Shown: positions 15,675 through 23,288 of the stretch, one piece after another
Layout of the letters: each line of letters opens with the position of its first letter
Numbering within the stretch: position 1 is the stretch's first letter
Origin: Faecalibaculum rodentium
GTDB lineage: Bacteria; Bacillota_I; Bacilli_A; Erysipelotrichales; Erysipelotrichaceae
Length of the DNA stretch: 32,000 nucleotides
Direction: 5' to 3'
Assembly: GCF_001564455.1 (NCBI RefSeq)
Contig: NZ_CP011391.1
Span: forward strand, 30,001-62,000
Notes under the pieces: model-generated
Seen by the model: the letters and a program-made list of their open reading frames with translations, nothing else
Databases searched by the model: none
What the model was told of the DNA's origin: nothing
Made by a program: the position numbers and the translations under genes

Positions 15675-17348
15675 ATGGACTTCTTATCTTCTTTTGACTT
15701 CGAAAACTACACCCGCAAATCCATGAAAGAAAGCCTCGAATCTCTGGATCATGATGACCTGGTCGATGCCGCTCTCTTCCTGGCCGACAACCTGTTCCTG
15801 AAAGACCAGATCAACAGGAAGGCGGCCATGGACCGCTTCGCTTCCAAAAGCGAGCAGCTTTTCATATCCCTGTTCAACGAGGCGGAAGAGATCGCATCCA
15901 CGTCTTCTCCCGAAGACCTGGATGAATCAGCTGTCCTGGAAACTGTGAGCAAAGAGAGACCGGCGTCCCCCAAAAAGCGCAGATCCATGAAGGAGAAAGC
16001 AAAGGCGCTTCCTGAAAAGATCATCGATGTGTATCCGGATGCAGGCAAGGACCCGGTGTGCCCTGTATGTGGCACAGCCATGAAGGAGCTGAAACCGACT
16101 GTACACCGGACCATCAAATACGTTCCGCAGCGCCTCTATGTCGAAGTGGAAGTGGATCATAATTATGTCTGCCCCAAAGGTTGTGAAGATGAGGATGGAA
16201 AGCCTGTGATGATCCCGGCTGCCCGCAAAGAAGCACCGCTTCTGGAGAATACGATGTCTTCGCCTTCTCTTGTGTCCCACATCATAGCCCAGAAAACAGT
16301 CATGGGACTGCCTCTTTACAGACAGGAACAAGACTGGCAGCGAAGAGGATTCAACCTCAGCAGGAGTATCATGGCCAGCTGGATGATCCGTTCTTCCCAG
16401 ATCTATGGAGAAGCTCTGGTGGACAGGATGATACAGGATTTCAGGGAATGTGATGTGGTCCATATGGATGAGACCGTACTGAAATGCCTGGAAGTGAGTC
16501 GGGATCAGGATCGGACGAACTGTTACATGATCGTCGGGGTCAGCGCAGAGCATGAAGCCAGACAGATGGTCATATATCAGTTCAAGAAGAGCAGGGCCCA
16601 GAAGTTCGTATGGGAATTCCTGGGAGAAGGATTCGAAAAGGCCCTGATGTCAGACGGATTCGAAGGCTACGATAATTACACAGCAGCCATCCATCTGAGT
16701 TGTATGGCCCATGCGAGGCGGCATCTGTATGATGCGGTGAAGATCCGTGCAGACTACCAGACATTCAAGAATCTGCCAGACGATACAGAAATGAAACTGA
16801 AACATATCAGGGAGAATCCGGCACTGGGGATCCTGTTGGAGCCACTTGGGAACATCAACAGGCTTTATGAGGTGGAGAGCAGAGCGAAAAAGAAGAAACT
16901 GAGTCGGGAAGAAGTATACGAACTGAGGCAGAAAGAGTCTAAACCGCTTTTTGACCAGGTGATCGCAGGAATGGAGCGGATCGCCCGGAGTTTTGATAGT
17001 GGTTCGAAAGCAGTAAAGGGAGCAAACTACTTCCTGAAAAGGAAAGACTCGCTGGCCCTTTATCTGGAGGATGGGAACTATCCGATCGACAATAACCTGG
17101 CGGAGCGGATGGTGAAGCCGTTCGTGATAGGCCGGAAGGGGTTCCTGTTTGCGGACACGGAAGCAGGAGCGGAAGCAACAGCAGTATGGTACAGTCTGAG
17201 CCAATCGGCAATCATGAATGGGCTGGTGCCTGAGAAGTACATCGAATATGTGCTGACAAGGCTGAAGAACGAAGGGATCAGAGAGGAAGTACTCGAAGAC
17301 CTGCTTCCATACTCCAGGACACTTCCAGGACATCTGTATAAGAAATAG
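15675..17348 (+). CDS. tnpC: IS66-family transposase TnpC
   Basis: 557 aa. Zn-finger CPVCGTAM...YVCPKGC. Contains LPLYRQEQ, VVHMDETVLK, LMSDGFEGY, CMAHARRHLYDA and PIDNNLAERMVKPFVIGRKGFLF (IS66 DDE transposase pattern). Confidence 0.9.
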   Translation: MDFLSSFDFENYTRKSMKESLESLDHDDLVDAALFLADNLFLKDQINRKAAMDRFASKSEQLFISLFNEAEEIASTSSPEDLDESAVLETVSKERPASPKKRRSMKEKAKALPEKIIDVYPDAGKDPVCPVCGTAMKELKPTVHRTIKYVPQRLYVEVEVDHNYVCPKGCEDEDGKPVMIPAARKEAPLLENTMSSPSLVSHIIAQKTVMGLPLYRQEQDWQRRGFNLSRSIMASWMIRSSQIYGEALVDRMIQDFRECDVVHMDETVLKCLEVSRDQDRTNCYMIVGVSAEHEARQMVIYQFKKSRAQKFVWEFLGEGFEKALMSDGFEGYDNYTAAIHLSCMAHARRHLYDAVKIRADYQTFKNLPDDTEMKLKHIRENPALGILLEPLGNINRLYEVESRAKKKKLSREEVYELRQKESKPLFDQVIAGMERIARSFDSGSKAVKGANYFLKRKDSLALYLEDGNYPIDNNLAERMVKPFVIGRKGFLFADTEAGAEATAVWYSLSQSAIMNGLVPEKYIEYVLTRLKNEGIREEVLEDLLPYSRTLPGHLYKK

Positions 17349-17400
17349 AAAACAGGACTGTCCCCAATACCATGATGGTACAGGGAATCAGTCCTGTTTT
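17349..17400. terminator. Long near-perfect palindrome at the IS66 right end (bidirectional terminator-like)
   Basis: AAAACAGGACTG...CAGTCCTGTTTT outer stem, with AACAGGACTG at 17351-17360 and CAGTCCTGTT at 17389-17398. Inner stem TACCAT-G-ATGGTA. A-run on the 5' side and T-run on the 3' side. Begins right after the tnpC stop and ends about 10 nt inside the IRR. Confidence 0.6.
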
Positions 17401-17425
17401 AATATGGGCAATTAACGTCGCTTAC

Positions 17426-17433
17426 AAATGGGG
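17426..17433. repeat. IS66 target-site duplication, right copy (AAATGGGG)
   Basis: Identical to 12525-12532. Confidence 0.8.
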
Positions 17434-17551
17434 GGCCTTCAGGCTTTACAGAAACCGGAGAACGGGTTTTGCAAAACCATTCGGGAATCTTTCGAAAGCT
17501 GTAAGAATCTCCAATATTATTCGTCATATAATATAGATGAAAGGAGAACGT

Positions 17552-17878
17552 ATGCTGATACAGACAGGAGGCGGACTGCTGGAGATGTGTGTGCTGGCAG
17601 TTCTTGACCGGGAAGATCTTTACGGATACCGGCTCACCAGACAGGTTCGGCAGGTGCTGGATGTATCCGAGTCGGCATTGTATCCCGTGCTCCGGCGGCT
17701 GAAAAAAGAAGGACTGCTGGAGACCTATGACACGGAAATGGATGGCCGCAACCGGCGGTACTACCGGATGACGGCAGCAGGAAGGGAAAGGCTGACGCAG
17801 TACTGCAGTGAATGGCGTCAGCTGACAGCCGGGATAGACCGGATACTGGAAGGAGAGTGGCAGGATGACAAAACGTGA
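17552..17878 (+). CDS. PadR-family transcriptional regulator
   Basis: LLEMCVLAVLDREDLYGYRLTRQVRQ...SESALYPVLRRLKKEGLLETY...RRYYRMTAAGRERL is a winged-helix PadR pattern. ATG at 17552 lies 6 nt after AAAGGAG. The track start at 17537 lacks an SD. Confidence 0.85.
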   Translation: MLIQTGGGLLEMCVLAVLDREDLYGYRLTRQVRQVLDVSESALYPVLRRLKKEGLLETYDTEMDGRNRRYYRMTAAGRERLTQYCSEWRQLTAGIDRILEGEWQDDKT

Positions 17879-18605
17879 GTACCTGGAGATCCTGGAAAAA
17901 AACCTGCAGGGGATTGGACAGGAGGAGACCGGCGATATCCTGGACTATGTGGCGGAATATTTTGATGAGGCAGGGGAAAAGGAAGCCCTGGAGGCGCTGG
18001 GATCACCGGAGAGCTGTGCCCGTCAGATGAAGGCAGATCTCGTGGCTCAGGTACCTCCGCTGCCACAGGGTCTGAGGATGGCCGGGCAGCCGGCAGGATC
18101 CCGAAGCCAGAATCCATACAGACAGGACACATATCAGGGACATGGGGAGTATACATCCCGGAGGACCGGAGGATCCACATCCGGCCAGCCTTCGTATGCT
18201 GCCGGAATCCGGTCAGCAGCACATACGGAGAGACGGAATCTCTGGATCCTGATACTCGGAATTCTTTCCCTTCCGCTGTCCCTGCCTCTGGCAGCCTGTG
18301 TTCTTTGCCTGCTGCTTGCAGCGGCTCTGGTCATCCTGGCTCTGCTTCTGGCCCTGGTCGTGATCTGTGCAGCAGGGCTGTTCAGCGCCTGTGTGATGCT
18401 CTGGAAAATGTTCGCTTTGCTTCCTGCAGACCCCGCCGGTTCTTTGTATCTTCTGGGGACCGTAATGGCAGGTCTGGGGCTGTTCTGTCTGGGAACCGCG
18501 GGGCTCTGGTGGGTCTTCCGGAATGGATTTCCCATGCTGGTTGAGAAACTTTCGACGCTGTATCGCCGGCTGAAAGAGAAAGGAAAGGGAAAAAACTGTG
18601 CGTAA
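17865..18605 (+). CDS. DUF1700-like membrane protein (PadR-associated)
   Basis: The N-terminus MTKREYLEILEKNLQGIGQEETGDILDYVAEYFDEAG is typical of DUF1700/HAAS-type proteins encoded after PadR. A Q/G/S/P-rich linker follows. The C-terminal ~110 aa are strongly hydrophobic (multiple TM segments). Overlaps the padR end. Confidence 0.6.
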   Translation: MTKREYLEILEKNLQGIGQEETGDILDYVAEYFDEAGEKEALEALGSPESCARQMKADLVAQVPPLPQGLRMAGQPAGSRSQNPYRQDTYQGHGEYTSRRTGGSTSGQPSYAAGIRSAAHTERRNLWILILGILSLPLSLPLAACVLCLLLAAALVILALLLALVVICAAGLFSACVMLWKMFALLPADPAGSLYLLGTVMAGLGLFCLGTAGLWWVFRNGFPMLVEKLSTLYRRLKEKGKGKNCA

Positions 18606-19503
18606 ACTTGCAAAATGGGGTCTTTGCCTGTTGCTGGCAGGAGGCCTGCTGATGCTGGGGTGCCGGGTGATGCTCGGTCCCCGGGTCATGAATCTGGCCA
18701 CTCTGCAGGGTATGAGTCCCTATGCAGATACCGACTGCCACTATCAAGGGGACAGTCAGATCCAGTCCCTGGACCTGAATCTGGAAGCCACCAGTGTGAT
18801 TATCCGCAAAGGAGACCGGTTTGAAATCCTGACTCATGGACTGAAACCTGCAGACAGTGAGGTCCGCGACGACTGGAACACTGAATACAGCGTCCAGGGA
18901 AAGGAAGCTGTGTTCAGCGCTTCCATGGACGACGACCAGTTCCTTGCAGGCAGCAATCCGGAAACAGTGGTCCAGGTCACTGTACCCGAAGCGATGAAAA
19001 ATCTGACAGTGAACCTGTCCATGGGCGGCCTGGAACTGTCGGGAATCAGCCTGCAGTCCATTGATGCGGTTCTTGATATGGGCACTCTGAAACTCTCCGG
19101 CGTCATGGCCGGATCTCTGAACGCCTCTGTATCCATGGGAGATGCAGATATGCGGAACGTGGATATGCAGAACGGAACAGTGACAGTGGATATGGGAAGT
19201 CTGACCATGACCGGATGCAAAGTGACCGGCCAGCTGGATGCAGAGGTGTCCATGGGCAGTGCCACGATGGACCTGCGGCAGAAAAACGCGCTGCTGGACC
19301 TCAATGCAGATATGGGTGATCTGACCGTCAACGGTACCAAAGCCGAATCCGGGATGCTGCGCACGAATACGAAAGAGACTGAAACAGGAAAAGGTCCCGT
19401 GATCCGGGTCGGTGTCTCCATGGGAAGTCTGGACCTGGACCTGGACGGTGATATTCAGACCATCCGGGAGTTTCCCGCAAGCGGAAAAGCAGAGAAAGAC
19501 TGA
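18598..19503 (+). CDS. DUF4097-like (putative adhesin/beta-helix repeat) protein with N-terminal TM/signal anchor
   Basis: GTG start overlaps the upstream stop. The N-terminus is hydrophobic (MRKLAKWGLCLLLAGGLLMLG). Repeated short beta-strand units such as NLSMGGLELSG, DAVLDMGTLKLSG, NASVSMGDADM, VTVDMGSLTMTG, AEVSMGSATMD and VGVSMGSLDLD. Third gene of the common PadR-DUF1700-DUF4097 arrangement. Confidence 0.55.
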   Translation: MRKLAKWGLCLLLAGGLLMLGCRVMLGPRVMNLATLQGMSPYADTDCHYQGDSQIQSLDLNLEATSVIIRKGDRFEILTHGLKPADSEVRDDWNTEYSVQGKEAVFSASMDDDQFLAGSNPETVVQVTVPEAMKNLTVNLSMGGLELSGISLQSIDAVLDMGTLKLSGVMAGSLNASVSMGDADMRNVDMQNGTVTVDMGSLTMTGCKVTGQLDAEVSMGSATMDLRQKNALLDLNADMGDLTVNGTKAESGMLRTNTKETETGKGPVIRVGVSMGSLDLDLDGDIQTIREFPASGKAEKD

Positions 19504-19540
19504 AACAGGCAGAGCCATATCAGCCATGGCAGAACCTGTG

Positions 19541-19604
19541 AAAAAAAACCGGATCAGCCAGGCCTGTCCCTGCCAAGGGAACAGCCAGCCAGTCCGGTAT
19601 TTTC
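19541..19604. terminator. Possible bidirectional terminator between convergent genes
   Basis: A8 run, then ACCGGA (19548-19553) ... TCCGGT (19592-19597), with an inner CTGTCCC/GGGAACAG pairing, then ATTTTC. The stem is imperfect. Confidence 0.35.
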
Positions 19605-21066
19605 ACTGAAGATGGATCCTGACTTTCTTCAGCTTCATCCAGTCCTCTTTCAGAAGATACACCGCCAGACCCCCTGGGCGACAGGTGACAGTCACCTGGC
19701 CCCGGTCATCGAAGGTCAGGGTATGACCCGGATCGGTGATATCCGTGATTGTTCTGCCTGCCAGACGCGGTTCGCAGAAACTTCTCTGTTTCCAGTCCGC
19801 AATGGTATACAGCACAATCACCGGGTGCCGCCCCCAGGCCATCCAGCAGGCTTTCTGCGGATCATCGTCACAGAGATCCACAATATTGTCTGTCAGCAGA
19901 TTGTGCCGGATCCAGATCATCTCCCTGAGAAACGGAACCGGAGGATTTCCCCGCTTCAGTCCATACAGGTCACCATAGAACACAATGGGCAGCTGACAGC
20001 GGCTGAGGAGAATCGAGGCATACGCCTGGGGCCTGAACCAGTCCATGATCCAGGACTCCAGTGCCTGACCGGGCTGTGTGTCGTGGTTGTCCACAAAAGC
20101 CGCTGCGAAGCCCGGATCGGTTTCAGACAACGTGTAGTGAAAGAGATTGCGGATATCATAGTGGCCATTGGAGCTTGCTGCCTGCTGCAGGTGGTAATGC
20201 AGTGGCACATCCATCAGCCGCATGCAGTGTCTGCACTGCTCCAGGTAGTTCTTCAGGACAAACACATCCCCGGACCAGTACTCGCCGATGAACAGATCCG
20301 GATGATTGCCGGTCTGATGCATGGCCTTCAGCCATTGTTCAAAGAAATGAGAATCGATGGATTTCAGAGAATCGAGGCGGAATCCGTTCACGCCTGTTGT
20401 CTCTGTATACCATTTTCCCCAGCTGTACAGCTCCTGATGCACTTCCTCATTCGTGAAATCCACATCGGCGCCCATGACATAGTCAAAATTCCCGAGTTCC
20501 GGAGATACATTGGGGTTCCAGTGTTTGCCCTCGAAGAGAAGGATCTGCCGCGACCCATGGCCATCATCCATGTCCGTTCCCGTGAAATCCTGCCAGTGCC
20601 ACTGAAAGCCGGAATACTTCCCCTGCCGGGCGGGAAAGGTGAATGCAGTCCAGACATCCACAGGATGCAGATCCTGGAGTATCCGTTCACGATTCATCCG
20701 GTCCACGGTCCGGGCCTGGACGGTTTCTGTGTGATCCGCCCCCATGCGGTGATTCAGGACAATATCGGCCAGAACCTGAATGTCGCGTTTCTGGAGAGCG
20801 GAAATGGCAGACAGGTACTGTTTCCTCGTACCATATTTTGTTGGGATTCCGCCTTTTTGACGAAATTCTCCCAGGTCATACAAATCATAGACCCCATACC
20901 CCGTATCCTGGCATCCGCCCTGGCCCTTGAACGCAGGCGGCAGCCAGACACCGGTGATTCCCAGTCGTTTCAGAAACCCCGCCTGGGCAGAGACCTGGCG
21001 CCACAGTCTGCAGTCAGGACCCAGATCCCATTCAAAGTACTGAATCAGTGTCTCGTTCCTTGCCAT
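19603..21066 (-). CDS. Cytoplasmic alpha-amylase, GH13
   Basis: Contains NETLIQYFEW, GITGVWLPPAFKG, YDLYDLGEF.QKG and ADIVLNHRMGAD. The catalytic motifs are GFRLDSLKSID, FIGEYW and FVDNHDTQPG. No signal peptide. Collinear with E. coli AmyA-type enzymes. Confidence 0.9.
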   Translation of the reverse strand: MARNETLIQYFEWDLGPDCRLWRQVSAQAGFLKRLGITGVWLPPAFKGQGGCQDTGYGVYDLYDLGEFRQKGGIPTKYGTRKQYLSAISALQKRDIQVLADIVLNHRMGADHTETVQARTVDRMNRERILQDLHPVDVWTAFTFPARQGKYSGFQWHWQDFTGTDMDDGHGSRQILLFEGKHWNPNVSPELGNFDYVMGADVDFTNEEVHQELYSWGKWYTETTGVNGFRLDSLKSIDSHFFEQWLKAMHQTGNHPDLFIGEYWSGDVFVLKNYLEQCRHCMRLMDVPLHYHLQQAASSNGHYDIRNLFHYTLSETDPGFAAAFVDNHDTQPGQALESWIMDWFRPQAYASILLSRCQLPIVFYGDLYGLKRGNPPVPFLREMIWIRHNLLTDNIVDLCDDDPQKACWMAWGRHPVIVLYTIADWKQRSFCEPRLAGRTITDITDPGHTLTFDDRGQVTVTCRPGGLAVYLLKEDWMKLKKVRIHLQ

Positions 21067-21202
21067 GTTTGTTTTCTCCTTCCCGATGGGTTCCGGACAT
21101 CCTGTTCAGTCCGTCGCCCCCTGCTGAATCCCGGGGGTCTCATACCCTTCATGTTCCTGGCCAACGGTATAATGTAGCCGCAGGAAAGAAAAGGTGAGAA
21201 TC

Positions 21203-21709
21203 ATGAACAGCATTTTTCATCGACGGTCCATCCGTCAGTTTACCCCCGAAGTGCCGGACAACGGGCAGATTGAACAGATCCTGAAAGCCGCCATGGCTGC
21301 GCCGACAGCCTGTGACGACCGGCAGTATCAGTTTTATGTGGTCCTGGATCCTGAAATCCGGCAGGCGCTTGCACAGACATCGCCCTATGCCCGCTGCGCC
21401 GCAGCTGCACCTGCAGTGATTGTTCCCTGTTTTGAAGACGGGGCAGGGTACGCGCCGGAATACATCCCGGTGAACATGGGAATCGTCTGCGAGAACCTGA
21501 TGCTGGAAGCCGATGATCTGGGCCTGGGCACCGTGTTTCTGGGCATTTATCCCGAACAGGACCGCATGGAAGCCGTGCGCAAGGTCCTGCAGCTGCCGGA
21601 AGGACTGACTCCGTTTGCGCTGATCCCTGTGGGTCACCCCGCTGCGGTTCCGGCAGACAAAGACAAATTCGATCCGGACAGAATTCACTGGATCGGCCGG
21701 CAGAAATGA
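21203..21709 (+). CDS. Nitroreductase-family protein
   Basis: IFHRRSIRQFTPEVPDNGQIEQILKAAMAAPTACDDRQYQFYVV plus C-terminal LIPVGHPA is the nitroreductase fold pattern. ATG at 21203 follows AAAGGTGA. GTG at 21194 is an alternative start. Confidence 0.8.
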   Translation: MNSIFHRRSIRQFTPEVPDNGQIEQILKAAMAAPTACDDRQYQFYVVLDPEIRQALAQTSPYARCAAAAPAVIVPCFEDGAGYAPEYIPVNMGIVCENLMLEADDLGLGTVFLGIYPEQDRMEAVRKVLQLPEGLTPFALIPVGHPAAVPADKDKFDPDRIHWIGRQK

Positions 21710-21784
21710 CAAAGCCGGACGTCGCCTGGCGTCATTCAGACTGACCTGAGAGACAGAGTTCCGCCCGGTATGCAGGGACTGCAG

Positions 21785-22228
21785 TCACTGCCGGTGAACC
21801 AGGGGAAGCCAGTTTCCATAGCCTTCTTTCTCCATCTGCGATTCGGGTATGAAACGCAGTGCAGCGGAATTGATGCAGTAGCGCAGTCCTCCCGATGCAG
21901 CGGGTCCATCCGGGAACACATGCCCCAGATGAGAATCGGCAGAGGAACTGCGGACCTCCGTGCGCACCATACCGTGGGACAAGTCTGTTTTTGTTCGAAG
22001 AGCCGATGAAGAGACCGGTTTGCTGAAGGCGGGCCAGCCGCATCCGGAGTTGTATTTATCCGCGGAGGAAAACAAGGGCACGCCGTCCACGGGATCCACA
22101 TAGATCCCAGGCTCGAAGAAGTCATCGTATTGACCTGTGAAAGGACGCTCTGTAGCGCCTTCCTGCGTGACAGCTCTCTGCAGCGGTGTCAGCGCCTGAA
22201 TCGCATTCTGTTTTTCTGTATCATTCAT
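21785..22228 (-). CDS. msrB: Peptide-methionine (R)-S-oxide reductase
   Basis: Contains [68 protein letters not shown] and [11 protein letters not shown]. The start is taken at the internal Met (MNDTEKQ). The upstream 51 codons of the track ORF have no MsrB counterpart. Confidence 0.85.
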   Translation of the reverse strand: MNDTEKQNAIQALTPLQRAVTQEGATERPFTGQYDDFFEPGIYVDPVDGVPLFSSADKYNSGCGWPAFSKPVSSSALRTKTDLSHGMVRTEVRSSSADSHLGHVFPDGPAASGGLRYCINSAALRFIPESQMEKEGYGNWLPLVHRQ

Positions 22229-22471
22229 AAGCCAATGATAACGAAAAGGTAAGGAAATCACAGCTTTCGGCCCCTTGCCGGAATGCGGGGGCCGTGTGGT
22301 AGACTGGTTTATATGTGTCGGAACGAATGTTCCAGTATTGAACCGCTGTTGTCGTCCGGGTTCCCGTGTATGCACAGACAATGACAGTCATCGGATTGCG
22401 GGGCTTCAGAGGGTTCTTTTTGGCGTGCTATGGCGCTGACTGCCGAAGGAGCAGGGAAAGGAGGAGTGCAG

Positions 22472-23089
22472 GTGAAGCTGCAGTGGGAAAAAATTGTTAC
22501 GTGGCCCAATCTGATCACCAGCATCCGGATTGCCGGGGCAGTTGCCCTGATCTGGATCCTCCCTTTTTCACCGCTGTTCTATGGTGTGTATCTGATCTGC
22601 GGACTGAGCGACGGACTGGATGGCATGGTGGCCAGACTCACAAAACAGACATCGGATTTTGGCAGACTCCTGGACAGCGTGGCGGATCTGATCCTGTACT
22701 CAGTCACGTTTCTGAAAATACTTCCCGCCATGGTGAGTCTGCTCTCCCGCTGGATTTGGGTATGGCTGGCTGCAGCGGTGATCCTGCGGCTGATGGTTTA
22801 CATTCTGATTGCAGTCAAATTCCGGAAGTTTGCCGCTACCCATACCTGGCTGGACAAACTCAGTTCGATCCTCGTATTCCTCGTGCCGTTCACCATCATC
22901 CCCGGCTATGGAGACTGGGGATGCGGACTGGCACTGCTTGCCGCAACCGCTGCATCTCTGGAAGAACTGCTGATGTTCGGGGCAAGTTCTGCCTATGACC
23001 CGGGACGCAGGTCACTGTTTCAGACAAAATGCGGGTACCCAAAATGCAGTTCATCAGCCGCAGACGGACAGCAGGGAACTGAAGCCTGA
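22472..23089 (+). CDS. CDP-alcohol phosphatidyltransferase-family membrane protein
   Basis: WPNLITSIRIAG...GLSDGLDGMVARLTKQTSDFGRLLDSVADL matches D-x2-D-G-x2-A-R...G-x3-D-x3-D. Multiple hydrophobic segments. GTG at 22472 follows GGAGGAG. The track ATG at 22430 is an alternative start. Confidence 0.75.
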   Translation: MKLQWEKIVTWPNLITSIRIAGAVALIWILPFSPLFYGVYLICGLSDGLDGMVARLTKQTSDFGRLLDSVADLILYSVTFLKILPAMVSLLSRWIWVWLAAAVILRLMVYILIAVKFRKFAATHTWLDKLSSILVFLVPFTIIPGYGDWGCGLALLAATAASLEELLMFGASSAYDPGRRSLFQTKCGYPKCSSSAADGQQGTEA

Positions 23090-23138
23090 CACAGGGCGGG
23101 ATCGGCAGGAACGGGAACGGTGTGAGAATCATGAAAAG

Positions 23139-23196
23139 GCAGCCGCAGCTCTGTCCGGGTTTCCGTGCAGGAAATCTCAGGCAGAACTGCGGCTGC
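23139..23196. terminator. Possible bidirectional terminator between convergent genes
   Basis: Perfect 10-bp outer stem GCAGCCGCAG (23139-23148) / CTGCGGCTGC (23187-23196) with an inner TTTCC-GTGCA-GGAAA hairpin. T-rich sequence follows on the plus strand and CTTTTCAT on the minus strand. The loop is long, so function is uncertain. Confidence 0.35.
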
Positions 23197-23288
23197 TGTT
23201 GTTTCTGAATTTTGCTGTTTCCTGCTCGAATGCTGATGGAAGACAGCAGGCATGAAAAGGACGGGGGGGAAAAGGGAGGAAAACGGCT

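Larger units (their letters stand above)
12533..17425 (+). mobile_element. IS66-family insertion sequence (tnpB+tnpC) carrying a nested ISL3-family element in its left end
   Basis: Termini are GTAAGCGACGTTAATT at 12533-12548 and its reverse complement at 17410-17425. GTAAGCG is the family-typical terminus. After removal of the nested IS the IRs match 22/24: GTAAGCGACGTTAATTACCCATCT vs GTAAGCGACGTTAATTGCCCATAT. Flanked by an 8-bp TSD. Confidence 0.8.

Noticed and set aside
12487-17560. First impression that the IS66 insertion had severed the 3' end (domains V-VI) of the group II intron
   Set aside because: A well-formed domain V (12451-12482) and a domain VI-like hairpin (12487-12508) lie upstream of the IS66 target site (12525). 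The sequence downstream of the IS (17434-17551) shows no domain V-like fold. The intron therefore appears complete.
19612-21177. 521-aa plus-strand ORF
   Set aside because: It is the mirror image of the GH13 alpha-amylase gene, whose catalytic motifs are all on the minus strand. It is an antisense artefact. The same applies to 18382-19527 (-), opposite the DUF1700/DUF4097 genes.
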